A stretch of 64,000 nucleotides of DNA from Deltaproteobacteria bacterium (lineage in GTDB: Bacteria > Desulfobacterota > Binatia > DP-6), in NCBI GenBank assembly GCA_005888095.1, contig VBKF01000140.1, positions 4,602 to 68,601 of the forward strand. The letters run 5' to 3'. The notes beneath the pieces are model-generated. The model was not told the origin of the DNA, ran no database searches, and saw only the letters and a program-made list of their open reading frames with translations. The position numbers and the translations under genes are program-made. Positions 19,196 to 28,479 of the stretch are shown piece by piece; the stretch's first letter is position 1, and each line of letters starts with the position of its first letter.

Positions 19196-22100
19196 TGCCG
19201 ACCGACGAGCAGCGCGGGACGCGCGGGCCGGCAGTCGTCGGCGAGCGGCTGCACGCGCTGCTCGAGCGGCGGGCGAGCGGCGCCGAGGCGGCGCCGCTCG
19301 AGACGTTCGCGCGGCTCCTCCTCCACCGCGCCCACGACTACGTCGACACGCTGGCCGACGAGGAGGTGGCGGCGCTCGTCGCCTCGGCGTTCCGCTTCTA
19401 CGCGGCGCCGGGCGAGGAGCTGCGCGCGCGCGCGATCGCGCCGACCTACGTGACCGAGGGCTGGGACGCGTCCGTCTCGGTGGTCGAGACGGTCATGCCC
19501 GACCGTCCGTTCATCGTCGACACCATCCAGGCTGCGCTCGAGGCCGAGGGTGTGGAGCGGCGGGCCTTGCTCCACCCGATCCTGGCCGCGGAGCGCGACC
19601 TGACGGGGCGGCTCATCTCGCTCGCTCCGCCGAACGGCGGCGCGCGGCGCGAGTCGTTCGTGCACGTCGCCGTCCCGCGCATGACCGACGTCGCCGCCCT
19701 CGCCGGGCTGGAGCAGCTGATCCGCGACCGCCTCGGCGACGTGCGGCTCGTGACCGACGACTTCCGGGCCATGCTCGCGCGTGCCCAGGAGGCCGCCGCC
19801 GAGCTCGACGGGCTCGCGCGGAGCGGTGCCGGCGCGGGCGCGGACGCGAGCGCCGCGGCCGACTTCCTCCACTGGCTGGTCGACGGCAGCTTCGTGTTCC
19901 TCGGCTACCGCGAGTACCAGGTCATGACCCTCGGCGGCACGCGGGTCCTGCTGGTCCGCTCCGGCTCCGGGCTCGGCCTCTTGCGCCGCGAGAGCCGCTC
20001 GGCGTTCTCCCGCCCGCGCCCGCTGGCCGAGCTGCCTGAGGCCGTCCGCGTGCGGCTCCTCGGCGACCGGCTGCTGACCATCACCAAGACGATCGCCGAG
20101 TCGCCCGTCCACCGCCGCGCTCGCATGGACGACGTCGGCATCCGCCAGCTCGACGCCACCGGCCACGTGATCGGCGAGCGCCGCTTCCTCGGCCTCTTCA
20201 CGTCGAAAGCGTACGCCGAGGAGGCGGCCGAGATCCCGCTGCTGAGACGGGTCCTGCGGCAGATCCTGGCCGCCGAGCAGGTGGTCCCCGGCAGCCACGA
20301 CTACAAGGAGATGGTCGCGATCTTCAACGTCCTCCCGAAGGACGACCTGTTCGCGGCGACGCCGGCCGAGATCCGCGCCGACATCGAGGCCGTCATGGCG
20401 GCCGGCCGGACGGGCGACGTCGTCGTCTCGCTGCGCCCGCGCCCGACCGGCTTCTCGACCCTCGTCGTGCTGCCGCGCGACCGGCTGTCGGGCGAGGCGC
20501 GCCAGCGGATCCTGGAGACGCTGGCCCGGCGCGCCGGCGGTCCCTGCCTCGGCGATCACCTCGTGCTGCTCGAGGACCGGGCGCTCCTCTCCTTCACCTT
20601 CGCCGGCGACGGCCCGGCCCCCACCGGGGCCGAGCTGGCAGACGTGCAGGAGGCCGTGCGCGACCTCGTCCGGGGCTGGCGGGAGCGGCTCGAGGACGAG
20701 CTGCGCGCGCGGCACGGCGCCGCCGAGGCGGCACGGCTCGCCGCGCGCTACCGCGCCGCCTTCCCCGACGAGTATCGGGCGTCGACGCCGCCGGCGCGCG
20801 CCGCGGTCGACGTCGCGCTCCTCGAGGCCGCGCTCGGCGAGGGCGCGATGCGCGTCGCGCTCGGCGACGACCGCGCGCTTCCCGACACGAGCGCGCTTCG
20901 CCTCTACGTGCCGGGCGAGCCACTCGTCCTCTCCGAGTTCGTGCCGGTGCTCGAGAACCTCGGGCTCCGCGCGCTCGCCGAGGATCAGGTGGTGCTGACG
21001 CCGCACGGGGCGCCGCGTCTCTTCGTGCAGACGTTCTTCGTGCAGGACCGGCAGGGGCGGCGGCTCGACGCCGCGGCCGGTCCGCGCCTGGTCGACGCGC
21101 TCCTCGCGGTGCGGGCCGGCAGGGCGGCGAGCGACGCCCTCGGCCGCCTGGTCCTGGAGGCGGGGCTCGACTGGCGGGCGGTCGACTGTCTCCGCGCCTA
21201 CGCGGGGCATGCCGCGCAGGGCGGCGTGGGTCCGCGCGGGCTGGTGATCGACGCGCTCGCCCGCCATCCCGAGGCTGCGGCCTCCCTCTTCGAGTGCTTC
21301 GCGGCGCGCTTCTCGGGGCGGGCCGACACGGCGCCGCTCCGCCAGCGTTTCCTCGAGAGCCTCGACACGGTGGAGAGCCTGCGCGACGACGTCACGCTGC
21401 GGGCGCTCTGCGACACGGTCGAGGCGACCGTGCGGAGCAACTACTTCGCCACGCCCGTGGCCGAGACGCTCGCCTTCAAGATCCGCTCCTCCGGCCTCGC
21501 TCACCTGCCGCGTCCGCGCCCGCTGTACGAGATCTACGTCCACGGCCCGGCGGTGGAGGGCATTCACCTGCGCGCCGGCCTCGTGGCCCGGGGCGGCATC
21601 CGTCACAGCGACCGCCCGGAGGACTTCCGCACGGAGGTCCTCGGCCTCATGAAGACGCAGACCGTGAAGAACGCGGTCATCGTACCGGTCGGGGCCAAGG
21701 GCGGCTTCGTCGTGCGGCGCGGGACGCCCGCCGACGCCTACCGGACCTTCGTCGGCGCGCTGCTCGACTTGACGGACAACGTGGTCGCCGGCCGGGTCGT
21801 CCCGCCGCGCGGCCTCGTCGTGCACGATGACGAGGATCCCTATCTGGTGGTCGCCGCCGACAAGGGGACGGCGAGCTTCTCCGATCTGGCCAATGCCATC
21901 GCGCAGGCCCGCGGCTTCTGGCTGGGCGACGCCTTCGCCTCGGGCGGCTCGCACGGCTACGACCACAAGGCGCTCGGCGTGACCGCGCGCGGCGCGTGGG
22001 AGTGCGTGCGAGCGCATTTCCGGGAGCTCGGCGTCGACGCCGACACGGCGCCGCTCTCGGTGGCCGGCATCGGCGACATGAGCGGCGACGTCTTCGGCAA

Positions 22101-23916
22101 CGGGCTCCTCCGCTCCTCGCACCTCCGCCTCCAGGCGGCCTTCAACCACCGTCACGTCTTCCTCGACCCCGATCCCGACCCGACGGCGAGCTTCGCCGAG
22201 CGGGAGCGGCTCTACCGCGCCGGCCTCGGCTGGGACGCGTACGACCCGGCCGCGCTCTCGCCGGGCGGCGCCGTCGTGGCGCGGACGGCCAAGCGCGTCG
22301 TGCTCTCGCCCGAGGCGCAGCGTCTCCTCGGCCTCGCGAGCCCGGAGGCGAGCGGCGAGCGGCTGGTCCAGGCCGTCCTCACGCTCGACGCCGACCTCCT
22401 CTTCAACGGCGGCATCGGCACCTACGTCAAGGCGGCGGCGGAGACGCACGCCGAGGTCGGCGACCCGGCGAACGACGCGGTCCGGGTGAACGCCGAGGCG
22501 CTGCGCGGGCGCGTCGTGGCCGAAGGCGGGAACCTCGGCTTCACGCAGCGGGCGCGGATCGCCTTCGCGCTCGCCGGCGGCCGCATCAACACCGACGCCA
22601 TCGACAACTCGGCCGGCGTCGACCTCTCGGACCACGAGGTGAACCTCAAGATCTGCCTCCGGCCCGTGGTCGAGGCGGGGGAGCTCGCTCCCGACGCCCG
22701 CCACGCGCTCCTCCAGGCGGTGACGGACGACGTCGTCGAGCGCGTGCTCGCCCACAACCGCCGGCAGAGCCGGCTGCTCGACCTGGACCAGCTCCGGAGC
22801 CGGAGCCGGCTCGCCGACTTTCGCGACCTGATCGCCGAGCTCGAGCGGACCGCGGGCCTCGACCGCGCGCTCGAGGCGCTGCCCGACCGCGAGGCGCTGC
22901 GCGCCCGGCGCGGCACCTTCCTCGGGCTCACGCGTCCGGAGCTGGCCGTGCTCACCGCGTACGCGAAGATCCATCTCCAGCGAGAGATGCTCGCCTCACC
23001 CCTGCCCGACGACCCGCTCGTGGAGTCGTACCTGCTCGCCTACTTCCCGGCCGACGTCGTCGCTCGCTACCCGGCGGCCGTGCGGGCCCATCGCCTGCGC
23101 CGCGAGATCATCGCCGCCGAGGTGGCGAACGCGCTCGTCGACCACATGGGCGTGACCTTCGTCTCCCGCATCGTCCACGACACCGGGGCCGCCGTGGTCG
23201 GCGTGCTGCGCGCGTGGGCCGTCGGCTGGCGGCTCGGGGGCGGCGACGCGCTCGCCGCGGCGATCGCCGCGAGCGCCGCCGCGGTCGACGTCGAGAGCGC
23301 CTGCCGGCTGGCCCTCGAGGCGAGCGCCGAGCGGGTCACCAAGTGGGTCCTCGCCAACACCGATGCCGAGCGCCCGGCGGCCGGCATGGTGGCCGACCTC
23401 GGCCCGGCGGTCGCGGCCATCCGTGGCCGTCTACCCGACTGGGTGACGGGCGCCGAGGCGGAGACCTTCCACAAGCGCGTCTCGGAGCTGACGATCGCCG
23501 GGCTGCCCCCCGAGCTCGCGCGCGACCTCGCGACGGCCGAGTGGCTCGTCGGCCCGCTCGACGTGGTGACCGTCGCGCGACGGACGCGTACCGAGCCCGA
23601 CGCGGCAGGCGCCGCCTACTACGCGCTCGGCCAGCACGTCGACTTCGGCTGGGTGTTCGCGCGGCTCGCCGAGACCGCCGCCGACGACCGCTGGCAGCGG
23701 CGCGCGGCGGAGGGCCTCGTCGAGGACCTGCTCCGCGCCCGCCGGCGCCTCGCGTGCCGGCGCCTCGAGGAGCCGCCCGGTGCGCTGCCGGAGCGGGCGC
23801 TCGGCGCCGTCCAGGCGCTCATCCGCGATCTCCGCGCCGCGCCACGCGTCTCGCTGGCGGCGCTCCAGGTGGTGGTGCGGGAGATCCGGCGGCTGGCCGA
23901 GGAGGGAGGAGACTGA
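19195..23916 (+). CDS. gdh: NAD-specific glutamate dehydrogenase, large (~1570 aa) Bac_GDH family
   Basis: ATG overlaps the GNAT stop (TGATG); HGYDHKALGVTARGAWE...GIGDMSGDVFGNGLL catalytic-core motifs typical of 180-kDa NAD-GDHs. The antisense ORF 18955..22974 is an artefact. Confidence 0.85.
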   Translation: MPTDEQRGTRGPAVVGERLHALLERRASGAEAAPLETFARLLLHRAHDYVDTLADEEVAALVASAFRFYAAPGEELRARAIAPTYVTEGWDASVSVVETVMPDRPFIVDTIQAALEAEGVERRALLHPILAAERDLTGRLISLAPPNGGARRESFVHVAVPRMTDVAALAGLEQLIRDRLGDVRLVTDDFRAMLARAQEAAAELDGLARSGAGAGADASAAADFLHWLVDGSFVFLGYREYQVMTLGGTRVLLVRSGSGLGLLRRESRSAFSRPRPLAELPEAVRVRLLGDRLLTITKTIAESPVHRRARMDDVGIRQLDATGHVIGERRFLGLFTSKAYAEEAAEIPLLRRVLRQILAAEQVVPGSHDYKEMVAIFNVLPKDDLFAATPAEIRADIEAVMAAGRTGDVVVSLRPRPTGFSTLVVLPRDRLSGEARQRILETLARRAGGPCLGDHLVLLEDRALLSFTFAGDGPAPTGAELADVQEAVRDLVRGWRERLEDELRARHGAAEAARLAARYRAAFPDEYRASTPPARAAVDVALLEAALGEGAMRVALGDDRALPDTSALRLYVPGEPLVLSEFVPVLENLGLRALAEDQVVLTPHGAPRLFVQTFFVQDRQGRRLDAAAGPRLVDALLAVRAGRAASDALGRLVLEAGLDWRAVDCLRAYAGHAAQGGVGPRGLVIDALARHPEAAASLFECFAARFSGRADTAPLRQRFLESLDTVESLRDDVTLRALCDTVEATVRSNYFATPVAETLAFKIRSSGLAHLPRPRPLYEIYVHGPAVEGIHLRAGLVARGGIRHSDRPEDFRTEVLGLMKTQTVKNAVIVPVGAKGGFVVRRGTPADAYRTFVGALLDLTDNVVAGRVVPPRGLVVHDDEDPYLVVAADKGTASFSDLANAIAQARGFWLGDAFASGGSHGYDHKALGVTARGAWECVRAHFRELGVDADTAPLSVAGIGDMSGDVFGNGLLRSSHLRLQAAFNHRHVFLDPDPDPTASFAERERLYRAGLGWDAYDPAALSPGGAVVARTAKRVVLSPEAQRLLGLASPEASGERLVQAVLTLDADLLFNGGIGTYVKAAAETHAEVGDPANDAVRVNAEALRGRVVAEGGNLGFTQRARIAFALAGGRINTDAIDNSAGVDLSDHEVNLKICLRPVVEAGELAPDARHALLQAVTDDVVERVLAHNRRQSRLLDLDQLRSRSRLADFRDLIAELERTAGLDRALEALPDREALRARRGTFLGLTRPELAVLTAYAKIHLQREMLASPLPDDPLVESYLLAYFPADVVARYPAAVRAHRLRREIIAAEVANALVDHMGVTFVSRIVHDTGAAVVGVLRAWAVGWRLGGGDALAAAIAASAAAVDVESACRLALEASAERVTKWVLANTDAERPAAGMVADLGPAVAAIRGRLPDWVTGAEAETFHKRVSELTIAGLPPELARDLATAEWLVGPLDVVTVARRTRTEPDAAGAAYYALGQHVDFGWVFARLAETAADDRWQRRAAEGLVEDLLRARRRLACRRLEEPPGALPERALGAVQALIRDLRAAPRVSLAALQVVVREIRRLAEEGGD

Positions 23917-24224
23917 TGGCGGTCGTGCGGGTGCTGTTCGCGTTGCTGCTCGGCTTCATCCTGGGCGTCGGGGCGACGGTCTGGGTCCTCCAGTCGGGTG
24001 CCGGCGTCGCATTCCTGCGCGCCACCGAGCCGGTCCAGGACCTGGAGCGGCGGCTGCGCGACATGGAGCAGCAGCGCGATCAGCTCGCGCGGCAGCTCGA
24101 GGACGTCGTGGCGCGCGCGGGCCGCATGGAGAGCTCGTTCACCGAGCTCGAGCGGCGCTTCCACGACCTCCAGCGCGAGCTCGACGAGCGGCGTCGGCCG
24201 GCGGGGGCGGGAGCGCCGCCGTGA
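23916..24224 (+). CDS. small membrane-anchored coiled-coil protein (hypothetical)
   Basis: ATG overlaps the gdh stop; one N-terminal transmembrane helix (VLFALLLGFILGVGATVWVL) followed by a charged coiled-coil region. Confidence 0.5.
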   Translation: MAVVRVLFALLLGFILGVGATVWVLQSGAGVAFLRATEPVQDLERRLRDMEQQRDQLARQLEDVVARAGRMESSFTELERRFHDLQRELDERRRPAGAGAPP

Positions 24225-24227
24225 CCG

Positions 24228-24527
24228 CTACCAGCGCGGGCCGGCGGCACCGAGCGCCGCGAGCTTGAGGACGAGGCAGATGGCGAGCGCGCCGACGATG
24301 CTCGGCAGGACCGGGTGGCCGAGGATGGCCGGGCCGGGGGACCAGCCGCCGAGCGCCCACAGCCAGCCCCCGGCGTAGAGACCTGCCAACCCCGCGAGCA
24401 GGGACACGCCGCGCACGTTCACGCCGGGACGCAGGATCCGCTCGGCCGCCGCCCCCGCTGCAGCGGAGACCAGGAGCAGCTGCGCCAGGCGGGAGGCCTC
24501 GCCGAGCAGTTCCGGGTCCGGCCGCAT
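24228..24527 (-). CDS. GlsB/YeaQ/YmgE-family transglycosylase-associated membrane protein
   Basis: ~99 aa glycine-zipper membrane protein (GVSLLAGLAGLYAGGWLW...IVGALAICLVL); start trimmed to an internal ATG. Confidence 0.55.
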   Translation of the reverse strand: MRPDPELLGEASRLAQLLLVSAAAGAAAERILRPGVNVRGVSLLAGLAGLYAGGWLWALGGWSPGPAILGHPVLPSIVGALAICLVLKLAALGAAGPRW

Positions 24528-24654
24528 TAGTGATAGGGAGAGCAAGGGATATGCCAGCACGATGCCTCTTGGCGTCCCGCGGGGACCGGACCAGGGCCGG
24601 CGCGGACGTGACACCACGTTCACGGCTGTGCGGGCGGGAAGGAGTCGGACGTTG

Positions 24655-25389
24655 GTGCGGGTGACGGTGCTCGGCTCGGGCGACGCCTTCGGGTCGGGCG
24701 GGCGCCTGCACAGCGCCTACCTGGTGGAGAGCGCCGGCGCGACGTTCCTGCTCGATTGCGGTCCGACGATCCTTCAATCTTTGAAATCCGCCGGTCACGA
24801 CACCGGCCGCATCGACTTCGTGCTCGTGTCGCATCTGCACGGCGACCACTTCGGAGGCGTCCCGTTCCTCTTCATGGAGTACATCTACGAGCGGCCGCGC
24901 ACGCGTCCGCTCGGCGTCCACGGGCCGCCCGGGACCGAACGCCGCGTCCGCGCCCTGTTCGCCGCCCTCTACGAGAAGAACGCCCAGATGCCGACACCCT
25001 TTGCCGTGCGTTTCGAGGAGCTGGAACCGGGGACGACGCGCGACCTGGGCGGTGTCCAGGTGAGCGCCTTTCGCGTGCCGCACACGCCGGAGCTCGTCGC
25101 GCTCGGCTACCGGATCGAGGCCGGGGGCCGGTCCATCCTCTACTCGGGCGACTCGGCCTGGACGGAGGAGTTCATCGTGCAGTCCCGCGGCGCCGACCTG
25201 TTCATCTGCGAGTGCTCCACCTACGAGACGCGGCTCGACATCCACGTCTCGTATCCCGAGATCGCGGCCCGTGCACGCGAGCTCGGGTGCAAGCGACTCC
25301 TCCTCTCGCACCTCGGCGCGGAGCCGCTGCGACACCTGCCGGACATCACCCTCGAGTGTGCCCGGGACGGGATGACCGTCGAGCTCTGA
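24655..25389 (+). CDS. MBL-fold metallo-hydrolase
   Basis: HLHGDHFGG (HxHxDH) motif; GGAGT Shine-Dalgarno before the GTG/TTG at 24652 to 24655. Confidence 0.75.
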   Translation: MRVTVLGSGDAFGSGGRLHSAYLVESAGATFLLDCGPTILQSLKSAGHDTGRIDFVLVSHLHGDHFGGVPFLFMEYIYERPRTRPLGVHGPPGTERRVRALFAALYEKNAQMPTPFAVRFEELEPGTTRDLGGVQVSAFRVPHTPELVALGYRIEAGGRSILYSGDSAWTEEFIVQSRGADLFICECSTYETRLDIHVSYPEIAARARELGCKRLLLSHLGAEPLRHLPDITLECARDGMTVEL

Positions 25390-26512
25390 GCGCCTCCGCG
25401 GGTGTGAGGACGAGCGCTCCCTCGCGCTCGGGCTCGGGGGAAGCGAAGAGGCCCTCGACGCCGGCGCCGACGAGCGCGGCGACGAACGGCACCTCGTGCG
25501 CGCGCGCCGGCGCCTCGCGCACGGCGGCCGCCACGGCGAGCGCGAGGCGCGCCGCGGCGGGCCGCCTCGTCTCCGCCAGCACGTAGGCGGTGCCCGCGAG
25601 CCGCCGCGCCAGCGTGGCGGGCGGGTAGAGGGCCGCGGCGGCGCGCGCCAGGACCTCGCGCAGGCGCTCTTGCTGCTGGAGCGGCGTCAGCACGATCGGG
25701 CTCTGCCGGATGGCGTCGACCTCCTCCACGTACGGCGCCGCCGCCTCGGGGGCGGGACCCCAGGCGCGGAACTCCGGTTCCTTGATGAGCTGGATCGAGT
25801 CGGCGGCCAGGGCGGCCGCCTCCTCGGCGCCGCCGGGCGGCTGCGCGTGCGACGAGACGGGCTCGGCCGGCGGTGCCGGTGGTTCGGTGGTCAGTCGCGG
25901 CCGCACGCGCAGGTAATCGTGCCCCGGCTCCGCGGTCCCGGCGCGCTCCTGTGCTTCGACGAGCAGCGCGTCGAGGACGCGCCAGCTTGCCGCCACCAGC
26001 CGGAGCCCTTCCGACTCGATCCGCTGGCGGGTGGTGCGGAGCTGCTTGCGGCCGACGTCGACGACCTGGAGATCGCGGAGTCCCGCCGGCTCGTTCACCT
26101 GCGCGGCGACGAGCAGCGTGCCGGTCGCGAGCGGACGCATGAGCCACAGGATGCGATCGCCACGCCCGTCGACGGCCGACACCAGGCCCTCGAGCTCGAC
26201 GGCGGCCGGGCGCGACTGCTCGGGCTCGGGAGGCGCCGCGGGCCGTGGCACGCCGCGCTGGGCGAGGCGGTAGAGCGCCCGCCGGATCGCCTTGCGCACG
26301 GCCTTCTCCGGCGCGCGCGCCTCGAGCCGCACGAGCAGCGCGGCGACCTCCGGGCTCGGCAGGTCGCCGAGGGCGTCGGCGAGGGCGCCGCCATCCGGGC
26401 CGGCGAGCAGCGCGAGCACGCGATCCTCGGTCGCATGACCGGCGACCAGCTCCGCGGCATCGAGCCCGAGGCGGGCGAGCGTCTCCGTGCCGGGGACGCG
26501 CCGCTCCGTCAA
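25346..26512 (-). CDS. hypothetical Ala-rich protein (unknown function), coupled to the M23 peptidase
   Basis: The 3'-proximal ~388 aa of track ORF 25346..27916 are protein-like (not arginine-rich); putative TTG start overlapping the M23 stop (TTGA). Confidence 0.45.
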   Translation of the reverse strand: MTERRVPGTETLARLGLDAAELVAGHATEDRVLALLAGPDGGALADALGDLPSPEVAALLVRLEARAPEKAVRKAIRRALYRLAQRGVPRPAAPPEPEQSRPAAVELEGLVSAVDGRGDRILWLMRPLATGTLLVAAQVNEPAGLRDLQVVDVGRKQLRTTRQRIESEGLRLVAASWRVLDALLVEAQERAGTAEPGHDYLRVRPRLTTEPPAPPAEPVSSHAQPPGGAEEAAALAADSIQLIKEPEFRAWGPAPEAAAPYVEEVDAIRQSPIVLTPLQQQERLREVLARAAAALYPPATLARRLAGTAYVLAETRRPAAARLALAVAAAVREAPARAHEVPFVAALVGAGVEGLFASPEPEREGALVLTPAEALRARRSSRPGHTRG

Positions 26513-27861
26513 TGAGCGGCCCCCGCGCGCGGGAAGGCGGCCAGCCGCGTCTCGACGTGGTCGTGGATCCAGTGGGCGTCCCACCACTCGACCGGGTCGA
26601 CGTGGACGCCGTGGATCATGACGCTGAAGTGGAGATGATCGCCGCCGGCGAGGCCGGTATCGCCGGTCTTGCCGAGGACGTCGCCGCGGTGGAGGGTCGT
26701 CCCGGCGGTGACCTTCACCTCGCTCAGGTGCCCGTACAGGGAGAAGAGGCCGAGGCCGTGGTCCAGGATGACGGCGTTGCCGTAGATGCCGAGCGGCCCC
26801 GCGAAGACGACGCGTCCCGTGTTGCCGGCGGGCACGGGGCTGCCGCGCAGGGAGGCGAGGTCGAAGCCGAGGTGCGTCTGATGGTCGATCGCCTGGCCGC
26901 GGTACACGTAGGTCCGGCGGTCGGCGAAGCCGGAGAGCGGCGCCGAGTCGGGCAGGCGCAGGAAGGCGCCCTCCCAGAGCGGCTCGGCCGCGCTCTCGCG
27001 GCAGAGCTCGCGCACCCGCTTCTCGGTGGCGAGGCGGAGCTCGCGGTTGATGCGCAGGTACCCCGCCACGAGGTCGCCGTCGCTCGGGAGCCCGTTGGCC
27101 TCGAGCAGCTCGGGGACCTTGCGGGCGAGGAAGTCCTCGCTCAGCTCGAGCGTCTTCTCGGCGAAGCGCCGCGGCCGCACGACGGCGTCGAGGCGGACGG
27201 CGCGCCGGTTGCCGGCCTGGTCGGCCGCGACCACGGTCGGCACGGCTCCCGACGGCGCGTCCGGCGGCACGGCGAAGAGCGTGGCGCGGAGCGCCCGGTC
27301 GGCGAAGAGCCCCGGCGCGCCCGGGAAGTTCACCTCGCCCACCGCGACGCCGGTCTCGACGGCGTCGGTGCCGACGCGGTAGACGGCGCACTCCGAGCCC
27401 CCGAGACGCACGACGTGCTGCTGCGAGAGCACCTCGAGCGTCGGTGGCGTCAAGTCGACGGTCACGGGGCGGGTGAGCCGCGGCGCGCGACGCAGCGCGC
27501 TCAGCCACGAGTGGTCGGTGGCGACGACCTCGAGGCGGCCCGGGCCCTCGGCCAGGTGCGCCGCCGCGGCGTCGACGGTCGGCGTCAGCCGGACCTCGTG
27601 GACGCCGCTGCCGAGCCAGGAGCGGCGCGGGAAGTCCTCGCTCGCGACCACCGCCGGCGCGCCTCCGGCCCCGCCCGCGAGTCGCACCTCGACGTGCGCG
27701 AGGCCGGTGCCCCGGTCGCGCGCGATCACCACGAGCGGTGTCGCCCGGCCGACCACGTCGACCGGCGTCTCGAGCGCGACCGTCGGCGCCAGCGGCTCGG
27801 CGCGCGTCACGAGCAGCGCGATCGCGATGGCGAGCAGCGTGATGAAAAGGAACCGTCGCAT
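26509..27861 (-). CDS. M23-family (LytM-type) metallopeptidase with N-terminal membrane anchor
   Basis: HLGFD...GDHLHF LytM motifs; N-terminal transmembrane MRRFLFITLLAIAIALLV; the rest of track ORF 26509..29568 is antisense junk. Confidence 0.8.
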   Translation of the reverse strand: MRRFLFITLLAIAIALLVTRAEPLAPTVALETPVDVVGRATPLVVIARDRGTGLAHVEVRLAGGAGGAPAVVASEDFPRRSWLGSGVHEVRLTPTVDAAAAHLAEGPGRLEVVATDHSWLSALRRAPRLTRPVTVDLTPPTLEVLSQQHVVRLGGSECAVYRVGTDAVETGVAVGEVNFPGAPGLFADRALRATLFAVPPDAPSGAVPTVVAADQAGNRRAVRLDAVVRPRRFAEKTLELSEDFLARKVPELLEANGLPSDGDLVAGYLRINRELRLATEKRVRELCRESAAEPLWEGAFLRLPDSAPLSGFADRRTYVYRGQAIDHQTHLGFDLASLRGSPVPAGNTGRVVFAGPLGIYGNAVILDHGLGLFSLYGHLSEVKVTAGTTLHRGDVLGKTGDTGLAGGDHLHFSVMIHGVHVDPVEWWDAHWIHDHVETRLAAFPRAGAAH

Positions 27862-28436
27862 CAGCCGAGCGTCCGCACCACGGCGAGCAGGTTTCGCGTG
27901 ATGCGGTGGGTGGCACCCCAGATGATGTGCTCGCCGACCGGATAGCAGTCGATCGGCACCTGCCGGCCCTCGAAGTCCCAGAGCTCGCGCCGCTCGGCGC
28001 CGGGTGCGTCCAGGAGGCGGAGCGGCACGGTGAAGACGGCCTCGACCTCGTCCCGGCAGAGCGTCCATCGGTAGGGGTGAGGGACGAGGCCGACGAACGG
28101 CGTGATCACGAACTCGGTCGCCATGGTCTCGATGTCGTCGAGCGGACCGAGCAGGCGAACGTCGGCGGGGTCGAGCCCGATCTCCTCGCGCGCCTCGCGC
28201 AGCGCCGTCGCCACCAGGTCGGCGTCGTCGGGATGGCAGCGGCCGCCCGGGAACGCGACCTGCCCCTGATGCTGGCGCAGCAGGCGGGAGCGGCGGGTGA
28301 AGAGGAGGTGCGGCTCCCCGTCGACGGGGAGGAGCGGGACCAGCACGGCGGCCGGCGTCTTCCCCGGCCGCACGAGCACGGCGCGCTCGCGCGCGGCGAG
28401 GGCCGGCGCGAGTGCCTCCGCGAGGCGTTCGGTCAT
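27861..28436 (-). CDS. NUDIX hydrolase, CoA pyrophosphatase-like
   Basis: Nudix box GQVAFPGGR...TALREAREEIGL; its stop overlaps the M23 start (ATGA). Confidence 0.75.
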   Translation of the reverse strand: MTERLAEALAPALAARERAVLVRPGKTPAAVLVPLLPVDGEPHLLFTRRSRLLRQHQGQVAFPGGRCHPDDADLVATALREAREEIGLDPADVRLLGPLDDIETMATEFVITPFVGLVPHPYRWTLCRDEVEAVFTVPLRLLDAPGAERRELWDFEGRQVPIDCYPVGEHIIWGATHRITRNLLAVVRTLG

Positions 28437-28479
28437 GCGTTGTCGGATGAGAGTAGCATCTGTGGTAGGAGTGAGGCCA

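Noticed and set aside
18955-22974. 1339-aa minus-strand ORF
   Set aside because: Antisense to the NAD-GDH gene, which has unmistakable family motifs on the plus strand.
26245-27945. 566-aa plus-strand ORF
   Set aside because: Antisense to the M23 peptidase, whose LytM motifs are on the minus strand.
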